Shown piece after piece: positions 49,003-58,200 of a stretch of DNA of 64,000 bases; the first letter of the stretch is position 1, and the number at the start of each line of letters is the position of its first letter. A program made the translations under genes and the position numbers. The notes below the pieces were generated by a model. That model worked only from the letters and a program-made list of their open reading frames with translations, was not told the DNA's origin and did not search any database. The stretch lies in the IMG/VR virus record IMGVR_UViG_3300032271_001847, positions 5,764 through 69,763 of that record; one strand, given 5' to 3'. Source of the stretch: a virus.

Positions 49003-51849
49003 ATGTTGGTAATCAAGAGCGTGACCATGCGCAACTTCCTCAGCTGCGGTAATGTCACACAGACCGTCAAGCTTGACCGTAACGGCATCAATCTCGTCAT
49101 GGGAGAGAACCTTGACATGGGAGGAAATGGCAGCAGGAATGGTGTTGGCAAGGCCCAACCTCTATCTTCCAAAATATATACCCCATCTGGGTGGGTATCT
49201 ATGAGAGATCTTGAAATTGGTTCAAAGATATATGCCGCCGATGGCTCGATTTCCGCAGTTGTTGGAATTTATCCACAAGGATCTATTCCAACCTATAGAA
49301 TTCAATTCTCTGATGGCCGATCAACTATCGCCAGCGGAGATCATCTATGGTCTATTTACAGCCATCTTTTTAACAATGGCAGAAATGACAGAACCAAGGT
49401 GATCTCTACCATGGAGATGATTAACATAATCAAGGCTTCTAAAAAGAATAGACCAAATTCTAAATCATCAAATTACCTGTATGTTCAAACGTTTTCCCCA
49501 GAGACCATAGATGACATAGATCTTCCAATTGATCCATATCTATTAGGTGCCATGATTGGCGACGGCAAGCTGAGCAATGGTATTGGATTTACATCAAAGG
49601 ATGAACATATCATCAGATGTGTCTCACATCTATTAGAAAAAGACTGGAATTGTTATCTTAAACAGAAAAAACATTCACCTATTCAGTTTGGTATCAAAAT
49701 GATTAGACAAAAAAAGGTCAATCCATTTAGGGCCGAAATAGATCGCCTAGGTCTTGGTGTACAATCATATCTAAAATTCATTCCATCTTGTTATATGGGA
49801 TCATCTGTAAATCAAAGAATTAAGCTTCTGCAAGGGTTAATAGATACAGACGGATACGTATCTGGCAACGGATCAATATCTTTTACTACAACTAGCCAAA
49901 AGCTGGCCGACGATGTTGCATATCTAGTAAGAAGCATTGGAGGTCTTGCTCATGTTAAATTAAAGAAGAACTGCACTTATATCAATAAAGGTATAAGGAT
50001 ACCATGTAGAGATTCATACACCGTAGCTATCAGATATCGTAATCCATCAGCGCTAGTGTCCTTGCCAAGGAAGCTAAATCGTATATCCAGCAACTATCAA
50101 TACAAGGATCTAAGGCTACAGGTAGTATCCATTAAACCAGTAGGTGAACAGGAATGCCAATGCATAATGATAGATCATCCGTCTCACCTGTATGTGACGG
50201 ATGATTTCATCGTTACACACAATACAACATTATTGCAGGCCATATCATTTGGCCTATACGGACAGAGTCTCACCAACATACGGGTCAACAATCTCGTCAA
50301 CAACATCAATCAAAAAAACATGATGGTAAGCGTTGAGTTTGAGAAGGATGGTCATCAATATAAGATCGAGCGAGGTCGTAAGCCAACGTTCTTCAGGTAC
50401 ATCGTTGACGACAAGAACATGGACGAAAGCACCGACGAGGCACAGGGCGAAAGCAGAGAGACGCAAAAAGACATTGATCGCATACTCGGTATGAGCCATA
50501 CCCTGTTCAAACACATACTAGCACTCAACACATACACGGAACCATTCCTTAGCCTAGGCGGCGGAAAGCAACGAGAGATCATCGAGGAATTGTTGACCAT
50601 CACCTTGCTGAGCCAAAAAGCCGAGAATCTCAAGGAAATGGTCAAGACCACCAAGTCATCCATTGAGCAGGAAGAGTTCCGGATACGCACCATCAAGCAG
50701 AGCAATGATCGCATACGTGCAACGATGGTTGATATACAACGTAAAGCTGACACGTGGCAAAAGAAACACATAGATGATCTAAACGAGATGGCACGTTCCA
50801 TAGAAAATCTTGAGATGCTTAAGATTGAGGAGGAAATACAGGCACATCGCGATCTCGAGCTGTACAACCAGCTGACCTCGTCACGCTCTCACGTGGCAAG
50901 AGATCTTGCGATGAAAACCAGGCATTTACAACAGCTTAACTCACAGTTGACAACGTCGATCTCCAGCTATGATCGTGCATCAAAACATGAATGTCCAACC
51001 TGCGGACAGGGAATACATGATGCTGAGCACGAGCATATACGTATCGGACTTGAAAGCAAGATCATGGACCTGGATGTACAGATAACATCTGAACAGGTTG
51101 ATATAGATCGCAGCAAGGCACAATTGGAGGAAATTGACGGTATGCTGTCTGGAATGACACGACCCGCCGTGGTATATGGTAATCTTGAACAGGCCCTAAA
51201 TCACAGGAACACCCTTGATCGCCTGACTAACGAAATAGAACGTGCTGCCGGATCGTTAAATCCGTATGTTGATCAGAACGACAGCCTTGCAGGAACCATA
51301 CAGGAGGTCACATACGATGAGCTCAACAGTTTATCAAAATCCAGAGAACATCAGGAGTTTTTGCTCAAATTGCTGACCAACAAGGATAGCTTCATCCGCA
51401 AAAGAATCATCGATCAAAACCTGGCATATCTTAACATGCGATTGAATGAATATCTAGATCGGCTTGGGCTGCCCCATCAGGTTAGGTTCGTCAATGACCT
51501 CTCTGTTGAAATCAGCCTGCATGGACAGGATCTTGATTTTGATAATCTCAGCAGGGGTGAAAGAACCAGGCTGATACTCGGACTCAGTTGGGCATTCAGG
51601 GACATCTTTGAAAACACCAACCATGCGATAAATCTGGTATTCGTTGATGAACTTCTTGATGCCGGAATGGACCCGCAAGGGCTTGAAGGATCCGTTGAGG
51701 TCCTGAAAAAGATGGACAGGGAAAGGCACAAGAACGTGTTCATCATCAGCCACCGAGAGGAATTGGTAACCAGGGTCAGCAACGTTCTGACCGTGATCAA
51801 GGAGAATGGATTCACCAATTTCTCCTGGGATTACACCCCGGCCGTTTGA
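49003..51849 (+). CDS. Rad50/SbcC-like ATPase (gp46) containing an intein
   Basis: NFLS.GN, Walker A NGVGK|TT, zinc hook CPTC, LSRGE, VDELLD, ISH. Confidence 0.95.
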   Translation: MLVIKSVTMRNFLSCGNVTQTVKLDRNGINLVMGENLDMGGNGSRNGVGKAQPLSSKIYTPSGWVSMRDLEIGSKIYAADGSISAVVGIYPQGSIPTYRIQFSDGRSTIASGDHLWSIYSHLFNNGRNDRTKVISTMEMINIIKASKKNRPNSKSSNYLYVQTFSPETIDDIDLPIDPYLLGAMIGDGKLSNGIGFTSKDEHIIRCVSHLLEKDWNCYLKQKKHSPIQFGIKMIRQKKVNPFRAEIDRLGLGVQSYLKFIPSCYMGSSVNQRIKLLQGLIDTDGYVSGNGSISFTTTSQKLADDVAYLVRSIGGLAHVKLKKNCTYINKGIRIPCRDSYTVAIRYRNPSALVSLPRKLNRISSNYQYKDLRLQVVSIKPVGEQECQCIMIDHPSHLYVTDDFIVTHNTTLLQAISFGLYGQSLTNIRVNNLVNNINQKNMMVSVEFEKDGHQYKIERGRKPTFFRYIVDDKNMDESTDEAQGESRETQKDIDRILGMSHTLFKHILALNTYTEPFLSLGGGKQREIIEELLTITLLSQKAENLKEMVKTTKSSIEQEEFRIRTIKQSNDRIRATMVDIQRKADTWQKKHIDDLNEMARSIENLEMLKIEEEIQAHRDLELYNQLTSSRSHVARDLAMKTRHLQQLNSQLTTSISSYDRASKHECPTCGQGIHDAEHEHIRIGLESKIMDLDVQITSEQVDIDRSKAQLEEIDGMLSGMTRPAVVYGNLEQALNHRNTLDRLTNEIERAAGSLNPYVDQNDSLAGTIQEVTYDELNSLSKSREHQEFLLKLLTNKDSFIRKRIIDQNLAYLNMRLNEYLDRLGLPHQVRFVNDLSVEISLHGQDLDFDNLSRGERTRLILGLSWAFRDIFENTNHAINLVFVDELLDAGMDPQGLEGSVEVLKKMDRERHKNVFIISHREELVTRVSNVLTVIKENGFTNFSWDYTPAV
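49153..50223 (+). mobile_element. Ala1 class 3 intein with LAGLIDADG endonuclease (357 aa)
   Basis: Starts AQPL, ends VTHN before Thr; DHLW, CQC, PYLLGAMIGDG, LLQGLIDTDG; AT-rich. Confidence 0.92.
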
Positions 51850-52343
51850 ACCATGTTGAAGATGGTGTCCTTGTTATCGGTGAAGAACTTTTCAAATTCA
51901 GTCATGACATTTGAACCATATCTCACATGATTACCAACGGTGAAGGATGGAAGATGCGTGGAGTCAAAAACGGCAAAACTTCCTTTGTGATTGATCCTAA
52001 AGACAACCACCCAAAAATCTCCATCGTCAGCGCTGTCAATTGCCTGCTTTATCCATTTGTCAAGCAAGGGTATCGGATCTTCCTTCGTGAGATTGTGGAA
52101 AGGAAACTCGCCATAGAACTTGCTTTCAATCACCAGCTTGCGCATGTTGCTTGGTGGAATGAGATCGGCCTTGAACGTGGCTATCTGTCCTTCGTCGAGT
52201 TGGGCTTTACGGAATGCGTTGGCACCTCCAAGGAACGCGCCACTATTTGGAACCCTCATGAACTTTTGTCCATATAATTTTGAAAGGAATTCGGCTATCT
52301 TACGTTCTCCTGAATTTCCCTTGTTTTTGCCCTTGTTTGACAT
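51831..52343 (-). CDS. Holliday junction resolvase-like PD-(D/E)xK nuclease
   Basis: KNKGNSGER, RVPNSGA, ADL, IESK, W..Q. Confidence 0.8.
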   Translation of the reverse strand: MSNKGKNKGNSGERKIAEFLSKLYGQKFMRVPNSGAFLGGANAFRKAQLDEGQIATFKADLIPPSNMRKLVIESKFYGEFPFHNLTKEDPIPLLDKWIKQAIDSADDGDFWVVVFRINHKGSFAVFDSTHLPSFTVGNHVRYGSNVMTEFEKFFTDNKDTIFNMVQTAGV

Positions 52344-52444
52344 TGCTGCGGTGTCCTTACCTGTGATCATGTATTTAAGCATGGTTTTGGCGGTCATTGA
52401 CTTATTTTTACGGTTGTAGTTACACTATGGATAGAATTGGAATC

Positions 52445-53233
52445 ATGCACATGGAACAAAAACCCAGAACACCCACGCCACGGACGATTTATCGAAAAAC
52501 ATTTGAGGTGGAAACCACCAAGGATGTTGACAATCATCTCGGATACTTCATCAAACAGGAGCTAGGTTACTACAATGCACTTGTTGAACAACTAGGACCA
52601 AGATTACGGGCATTTCCACAAGAACTGCTTGCCATCAAGGATCGAGAGAAAAAGCTATGGGAGGCATGCGCCGAGCACGCCGTTCCTGCACAAAAGCTTC
52701 TCGATCATCCTGTTAATGAATGGCCGGAAAAACTGCGATTGCTTGAAAGCCTTGTCTATGACCAGGCTGGAGAACCAAAGATAACATCTGCCCAGGCCAA
52801 CATACTCAGCATTGCCGCAGCACCGGCTCGCCTGCATCCACAGGTGAGAAAAAACATCAGCTCAGAGATTTTGAGATACATGATCGGACAATCCGACTCA
52901 GTGATCGCATCTCAGAAGACTGAGGGCTTCCGATCACCGATACAACTGCTAACCACGCACACGCTTGAATCAAAAAGGCATCTACAGATACCAGGATCTT
53001 TGGTGAAAATGTCCTACGATGCGGGATCGAACTCCACCCATATATCAATTCCATACACCAAGGAACCATTGGTGGTACACGGTATCGACATTACCGAAGC
53101 GCGTTTCAATGTGTTGATCGTTCGTGCATCAGATTCAAATGCAGCTGGTCGCAAATGGTTCGTGGATCTCAAGGATTCGACAAGCCGTTACATGCTGAAT
53201 CTCACCGACAGCGTTGAGCGAAGGAAGAAATAA
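52445..53233 (+). CDS. Hypothetical protein, possibly TnpB-like WED/REC module without RuvC
   Basis: KTFEV...GYYNALV at N-terminus; LQIP..ISIP..LIVR..GRKWFV strands at C-terminus; promoter TTGACT..TACACT at 52397-52426. Confidence 0.6.
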   Translation: MHMEQKPRTPTPRTIYRKTFEVETTKDVDNHLGYFIKQELGYYNALVEQLGPRLRAFPQELLAIKDREKKLWEACAEHAVPAQKLLDHPVNEWPEKLRLLESLVYDQAGEPKITSAQANILSIAAAPARLHPQVRKNISSEILRYMIGQSDSVIASQKTEGFRSPIQLLTTHTLESKRHLQIPGSLVKMSYDAGSNSTHISIPYTKEPLVVHGIDITEARFNVLIVRASDSNAAGRKWFVDLKDSTSRYMLNLTDSVERRKK

Positions 53234-53235
53234 AA

Positions 53236-53267
53236 AGCCGGTATGGAAACAATGTTCCATACCGGCT
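53236..53267. terminator. 13-bp stem hairpin with U-tract on the minus strand
   Basis: AGCCGGTATGGAA / TTCCATACCGGCT, preceded by an A-run. Confidence 0.7.
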
Positions 53268-53351
53268 GCGCTCGGCTCAGTTATATGGAACGTTGGCTCA
53301 TGACGTCCATGTCAGTATTATGCATTCAACTCCATGACAGGTCTATAACGA

Positions 53352-53636
53352 ATGAAGAAATTCTTTCCTAAAAATGCCAAGGCCGGATTGCCAAGGGTCA
53401 ATAGATCCAGGAGCATCCGTCCACGATATCAGGATCCTGGTGCAACATCAGGCGTGGATTTACGCAAGGAGTTTAACATCCTCATGGAGGAGAAATATAC
53501 AGACTTGCCACAGAACGATCGCAACATACTGTGGACTAAGATAGGCTCAATATTGATAATGCAATCAGGCTCCCAACCAATTAAGAACAGGCTCATGAAC
53601 GCGCTCCAACAAGCTCACAAATCCCTCCTCGAATAA
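53352..53636 (+). CDS. Possible hypothetical protein
   Basis: 94-aa ORF, no clear RBS. Confidence 0.35.
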   Translation: MKKFFPKNAKAGLPRVNRSRSIRPRYQDPGATSGVDLRKEFNILMEEKYTDLPQNDRNILWTKIGSILIMQSGSQPIKNRLMNALQQAHKSLLE

Positions 53637-53665
53637 ACACAAGATATCCATACTGGCATAATAAT

Positions 53666-54110
53666 GGTGGTGTTGCCACCTAGTGAAAGGATAACGAACC
53701 GGTTATCACACTCACTATCAGGGATGTTGCTGAAAGCCCTGGCCGAAAAAATCACAAAAAGGACCACGATGGCCGTGTGACAACACGCCCGTGGCACACG
53801 TCACCGCCTCTGCATGGCCGACGTGTGGCTTGGTAAACCATAACCGAGCGTGGGATAAGATCCCGAGAGATACATCCGTATGTTGGAATTAGGCGCTCCG
53901 CCAACTGGCCAGTTTGGCCTAGGATGATGCAGCATGGTCGACGACTCATCAGAAGCGAACCTATTCTTTTCCCCGCAAGGGGAGAAGAATGGCCTCCAAT
54001 CTTTCAGAATCAAACAAATAAATCCATATGTATGCTGGTGTTGATAGTGATATTGATGAGCTTGCGAATCAATATCACTATCAACACGCATGGACGCTGT
54101 GCGTCCATGC
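53666..54110 (+). ncRNA. Candidate large structured non-coding element (RNA or origin)
   Basis: About 12 consecutive stem-loops, a GCAA tetraloop with G-U pairing favouring the plus strand, and terminal 20-bp and 10-bp perfect inverted repeats. Confidence 0.6.
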
Positions 54111-54112
54111 AA

Positions 54113-54337
54113 TCATCCTATCAGATTACCACCTTTTTGTGGACTCATCGATGCATAGTGTTTTTCGATGACCTTGCTGAGTATCTTGCGCTGCTCAGCT
54201 GATAGCTGGTGTGCATCATCAAAGCTAATACCACCTTGCATGTAGAAGGTAAGCGTGCCCACCTCCTGCGTTATGGCCTTGCGATTTGATTCCATGGTTT
54301 CCAGCATGTCGGTTATTCTACGTGGATCGCCCGTCAA
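54113..54337 (-). CDS. Small baseplate-assembly-associated protein
   Basis: YMQGGISFDDA..LS.EQR; ATGA-coupled to the gp26-like gene. Confidence 0.7.
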   Translation of the reverse strand: MTGDPRRITDMLETMESNRKAITQEVGTLTFYMQGGISFDDAHQLSAEQRKILSKVIEKHYASMSPQKGGNLIG

Positions 54338-55188
54338 GAGCGTTTGCCGAAAAAACTTGAAGGATCAAAGCTAAGGGTGTCTTGCCACTGATGGCCACAA
54401 CCCGCACAGACCACGCCAAGCTCCTTTGGAACCCCAACGTTGTTCAGCTTGTTCACGGCTTCTATCACCATGTCCGCTTGTGGCTTGCTGATGCCCGTTA
54501 GCCACTCGTTAATGTGCTCTTGGTCCGTGACTGTGATGTTTTCCTTGAGCAACACGATCTTCTCCACGCTTCGGCTCACCAGCACGAATGTGATCTTGCT
54601 CAATCGATCCACGCTTTCTCCAAAGATGCTGGCCTTGGCCATGTCATCCATGTCCTTGTTGTTTGACTCGATAGCCCGTATCAGTCGCTCCTCCTCAAAC
54701 TCTCGCTTGATGAACAGTTGTCTCATTTCAAAATCATAAGGTTTCACATGGACCTCAAGATCGTCACCAAATTTCAACACAAGATCATCAGGGTTGACAA
54801 AGCTGGTGCTATCAAGCAGTTGCTGGCAGTCCATATCAAAGCTGTTCTCGTGTCCGCAACTAGGGCACTTCCTGTCATAATCGGCCTTGCCCCCGGTTGT
54901 CGCTGCTTTGAGCGCGACGAAGATGGCTTCAAGGTCAGGCAACATCAATCTCTTGACGTTTTTAACGTCTGGTACGCAGTTGATGATGACCTTCTCCAGC
55001 GACTGTCCATTTAGCATGGCGTCAGGAGTGTTGAGTAGTATGTCATCGAGGGCAGTTAGGGCATGCACCGCAAGTTCCCCGTCTTCGGTAACTGACACCT
55101 CTTCCGGTTTGTACCATCGTCCTTGTGTGGGTAATCTTACGTAGATCGATGGTTGCTTGAAGTATCTCTGTAAGGGGTTATTGACCAT
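54334..55188 (-). CDS. Baseplate hub assembly chaperone (gp26/gp51-like)
   Basis: NPLQRYFKQP.IYVRLP, TPDAMLNG, two CxxC, FDPSSFF. Confidence 0.8.
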   Translation of the reverse strand: MVNNPLQRYFKQPSIYVRLPTQGRWYKPEEVSVTEDGELAVHALTALDDILLNTPDAMLNGQSLEKVIINCVPDVKNVKRLMLPDLEAIFVALKAATTGGKADYDRKCPSCGHENSFDMDCQQLLDSTSFVNPDDLVLKFGDDLEVHVKPYDFEMRQLFIKREFEEERLIRAIESNNKDMDDMAKASIFGESVDRLSKITFVLVSRSVEKIVLLKENITVTDQEHINEWLTGISKPQADMVIEAVNKLNNVGVPKELGVVCAGCGHQWQDTLSFDPSSFFGKRS

Positions 55189-55265
55189 GTATTTTGCTCC
55201 GATAAATAAGGTACGCTGATATTTATCGGCTTAAAATAGGTACTTTATGGGCCTGAGAGAAATAT

Positions 55266-58200
55266 ATGGCTGATCCGTTAAGTTTAGACGAAGCAAAAAG
55301 ACTTGGTTGGGCAACTGAAGAAACGTTGGGTAATCTCCTGTCCAACAGCGAGATCACCAATGCTACCCTGCGTCTCATAGGAGAGCGCTATAAGGGTTTT
55401 GGTACCAAGCTTGACACCAAGATTGAGGAACTTGGCATCGTCATAAAGGATTCCATGCCGACACCAAAGAAAGCTGATCCAGAGACGGTGAAAAACACCA
55501 GTGGTCTTGGAAAGGTCAGCGATCGGCTCAGGGCGGTTGATCGAGGGTTTGGCCAGTTCTCCAGTATGTTCAATGCCAAGGATGCATCAAGCATGATTGG
55601 CGGGCTTGCATCAGGCCTGCATGGGCTTGAAACGGATGCAAGATACTATGGCGGAGCATTAAAGGAATTCATACCGTATCTTTCAATAGCCACTGATCTC
55701 CTTAAAGCATTTAACTCGGTTCTCAAGGAAATAACCGTGGTCATGGATGGCATGCGGGAGATGTATGCCGGCGGGGTAAATGTTGGATCCAGTCTTTCTG
55801 GTCTCGCACAGGCCGCAAGCGATTCTGGCATGCGCGTCACGGAGTTTGCGTCAATGCTGGCCAAACATGGACGCGTTGCCGCCACTCTTGGGACCAAGGC
55901 CACCGTTGATCTCAGCCGCCAGTTCCAGCGCATGACCGGATTTGGCGGAGAGCTGATGATGGGTCAGAAGGAGGCCGGTCAATCTTTCTTTGAAACGCTG
56001 GAAATGATGCGCAACAGCGGTGAAATGCAGGGCCTCAGCCAGCAGCAGATCGCGCGTCGTGGCGTGAACCTATTGCAGAACTTCAATGATCTTGCCATCG
56101 CGACCGGCAGGAATAGGGACGAGCTACGCAAGCAAACCGCTGACATACTGCGGCAGCCATTGATCAATCTGTGGTCACGCATGCTGCCAGAGGAAGGTCG
56201 TCGCAGGCTTTCTGACATGACCTCAAGATTGGCAGCGGAGTTTGGAGACCAAGGTGCCACCATCGCCAACATGATCGAGCGAGTAGGGCAAGCCGGTGGT
56301 AGCTTTGGTCTCATGGAGGAACAGTTCAGACCATTGGTCAGCTTGGTTCCTGGGTTCGGTAGTGCATTGCAGAATGCCGCACGCAGCGTTCGTGATGGAA
56401 GCATGACCCAGGAACAGGCCGTTCGCGGGCTTTCAACTAGCTTCGATGGCATGAGCGAGCAACAGCTATCGATGATGTCTCGGGCCAATCCGCAGCTGGC
56501 TGGCTTCGTTTCGCAGGTGTTGCAAGCACGACAAGCGGCGGCGGATGCAAGGAAACAGCTGGAACGAGAGGCGGTAACCCGTGGAATGACCACCGCTGCG
56601 TTGGAAGAAGAACGCAGGCGGCAGACCCAGAGAATGCAGCAGATACAAACCAGCCTTAACACGGCCGGTGCATCGGCAACCAGATTTGGACAAAGCTTTA
56701 CCAAGATAGCTGCTAGCCTTAGTGGCGTGGTAACGCCGGTACTTGATGGATTTTCATTCACGCTTGATATCGTCAGCTCGGTATTTGAAACCCTTGCTGA
56801 CATCATTGAGCCGTTTGCCGACATCATCGGGCGTGTGACCAGCATAATAGGTAAAATAGTAGGCGGAGTCATTAATACCGTTGGTAACATTGTTGGTAAG
56901 CTATGGCGTGAGAGTGGTCTTGCATACATTTTCACATCGGCAGGAAACGGGATTGAATCAATTGTTAATTTTCTCGATGACGCCATAGATGGCATTGATG
57001 ATTTTTTTGAATCCATAAACACAGGATTTAACAACGTTTTTGATTACCTAAAAATCAAAATAGATCGGGTGCTTGGATGGTTTGGTATCAGCAGTGGTGG
57101 TAGTAGTAACAAAGAAGAGGGAAGCACGGGAGTTACCGCCGGGGGCGTAGTCACAACAGTCACAACAATGATCGCGGGAGGCCTATTGTTCAAGATCGCC
57201 TCCACGACCCTAAAATGGATAGCAGGTGCCGGCGCGGGATTGTTTACAAGGGCAACGGGACTTCTTAGCAAGATACCACTGGGCAGAATGGCTGCAACGG
57301 CAGGAGGACTTCTTGGTAAGATACCACTGGGCAGAATGGCTGCAACGGCAGGAGGAGTTCTTGGTAAGATACCGGGTGTAGGCGCTGTGGGCAGGGCAGC
57401 AGGTGCTGCTACTGGTTTGGCTTCAAAGGCAATGGGAGCCGTGTCAGGGTTGGCTACAAAGGCAACAGGCGCCGGCGCAGGCCGCATTGGTGGCATGCTA
57501 GGAGGCATTGGACGTGGTATATCGGGGTTTACGGCCGGAATGGGCCGTGCGGTTTCTTCCGCGCTACGGGGACTAGCTAGTGGTATTTCAGCACTTGGCC
57601 GACCAGCGGTGCTTCGTGGTCTATTAGCGATGACCGCCATGGTAGTTCCGTTATATCTATCAGCAAAGGCATTCAAGGAATTTAATACTGTTGACTGGGA
57701 AAGCATGGCCAAGGCCGGTCTGGCTCTTGGCGCGATAGGTGGTACGATAGCACTGGTTGGTAGGAAGGTTGGTGCAACTGAGGTGCGAGGAGCGGCAATG
57801 TTTGCCGCAGCCGTTGGTGCGATAGGCCTTGGCATGCTGGTAGCTGGAGAAGGTCTGAAAACCTTCAATGACGTCAACTGGGAAAGCATGGCCAAGGCAG
57901 GTATCGCCATAGCCGTCCTTGCCGGTGCGGCCGCGCTAGCAGGCTCCGGTCCGCAGGCCGCCGCCATCGCACTAGGCGGGCTTGCCATCGGAGGGGCAAT
58001 CGGCGCGATAGGTGCTGGTATAGCAGGAGCGGCATGGTTGCTTGGAAATACCTTGCCTGATCTCATAAACGGAATAAAAGGATTTGAGCAGCTTGATGGA
58101 CAAAAACTAAAGGATGCTGCCGTTGGGATGGCAGAGATATCCGGCGCATTGGTCCTGATGACGGGCGGATCAATAGTTTCAGGATTGGGCGGATTGGTAT

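Noticed and set aside
53752-54202. Short ORFs inside the structured tract
   Set aside because: No RBS or motifs, and they cross long palindromes; likely spurious
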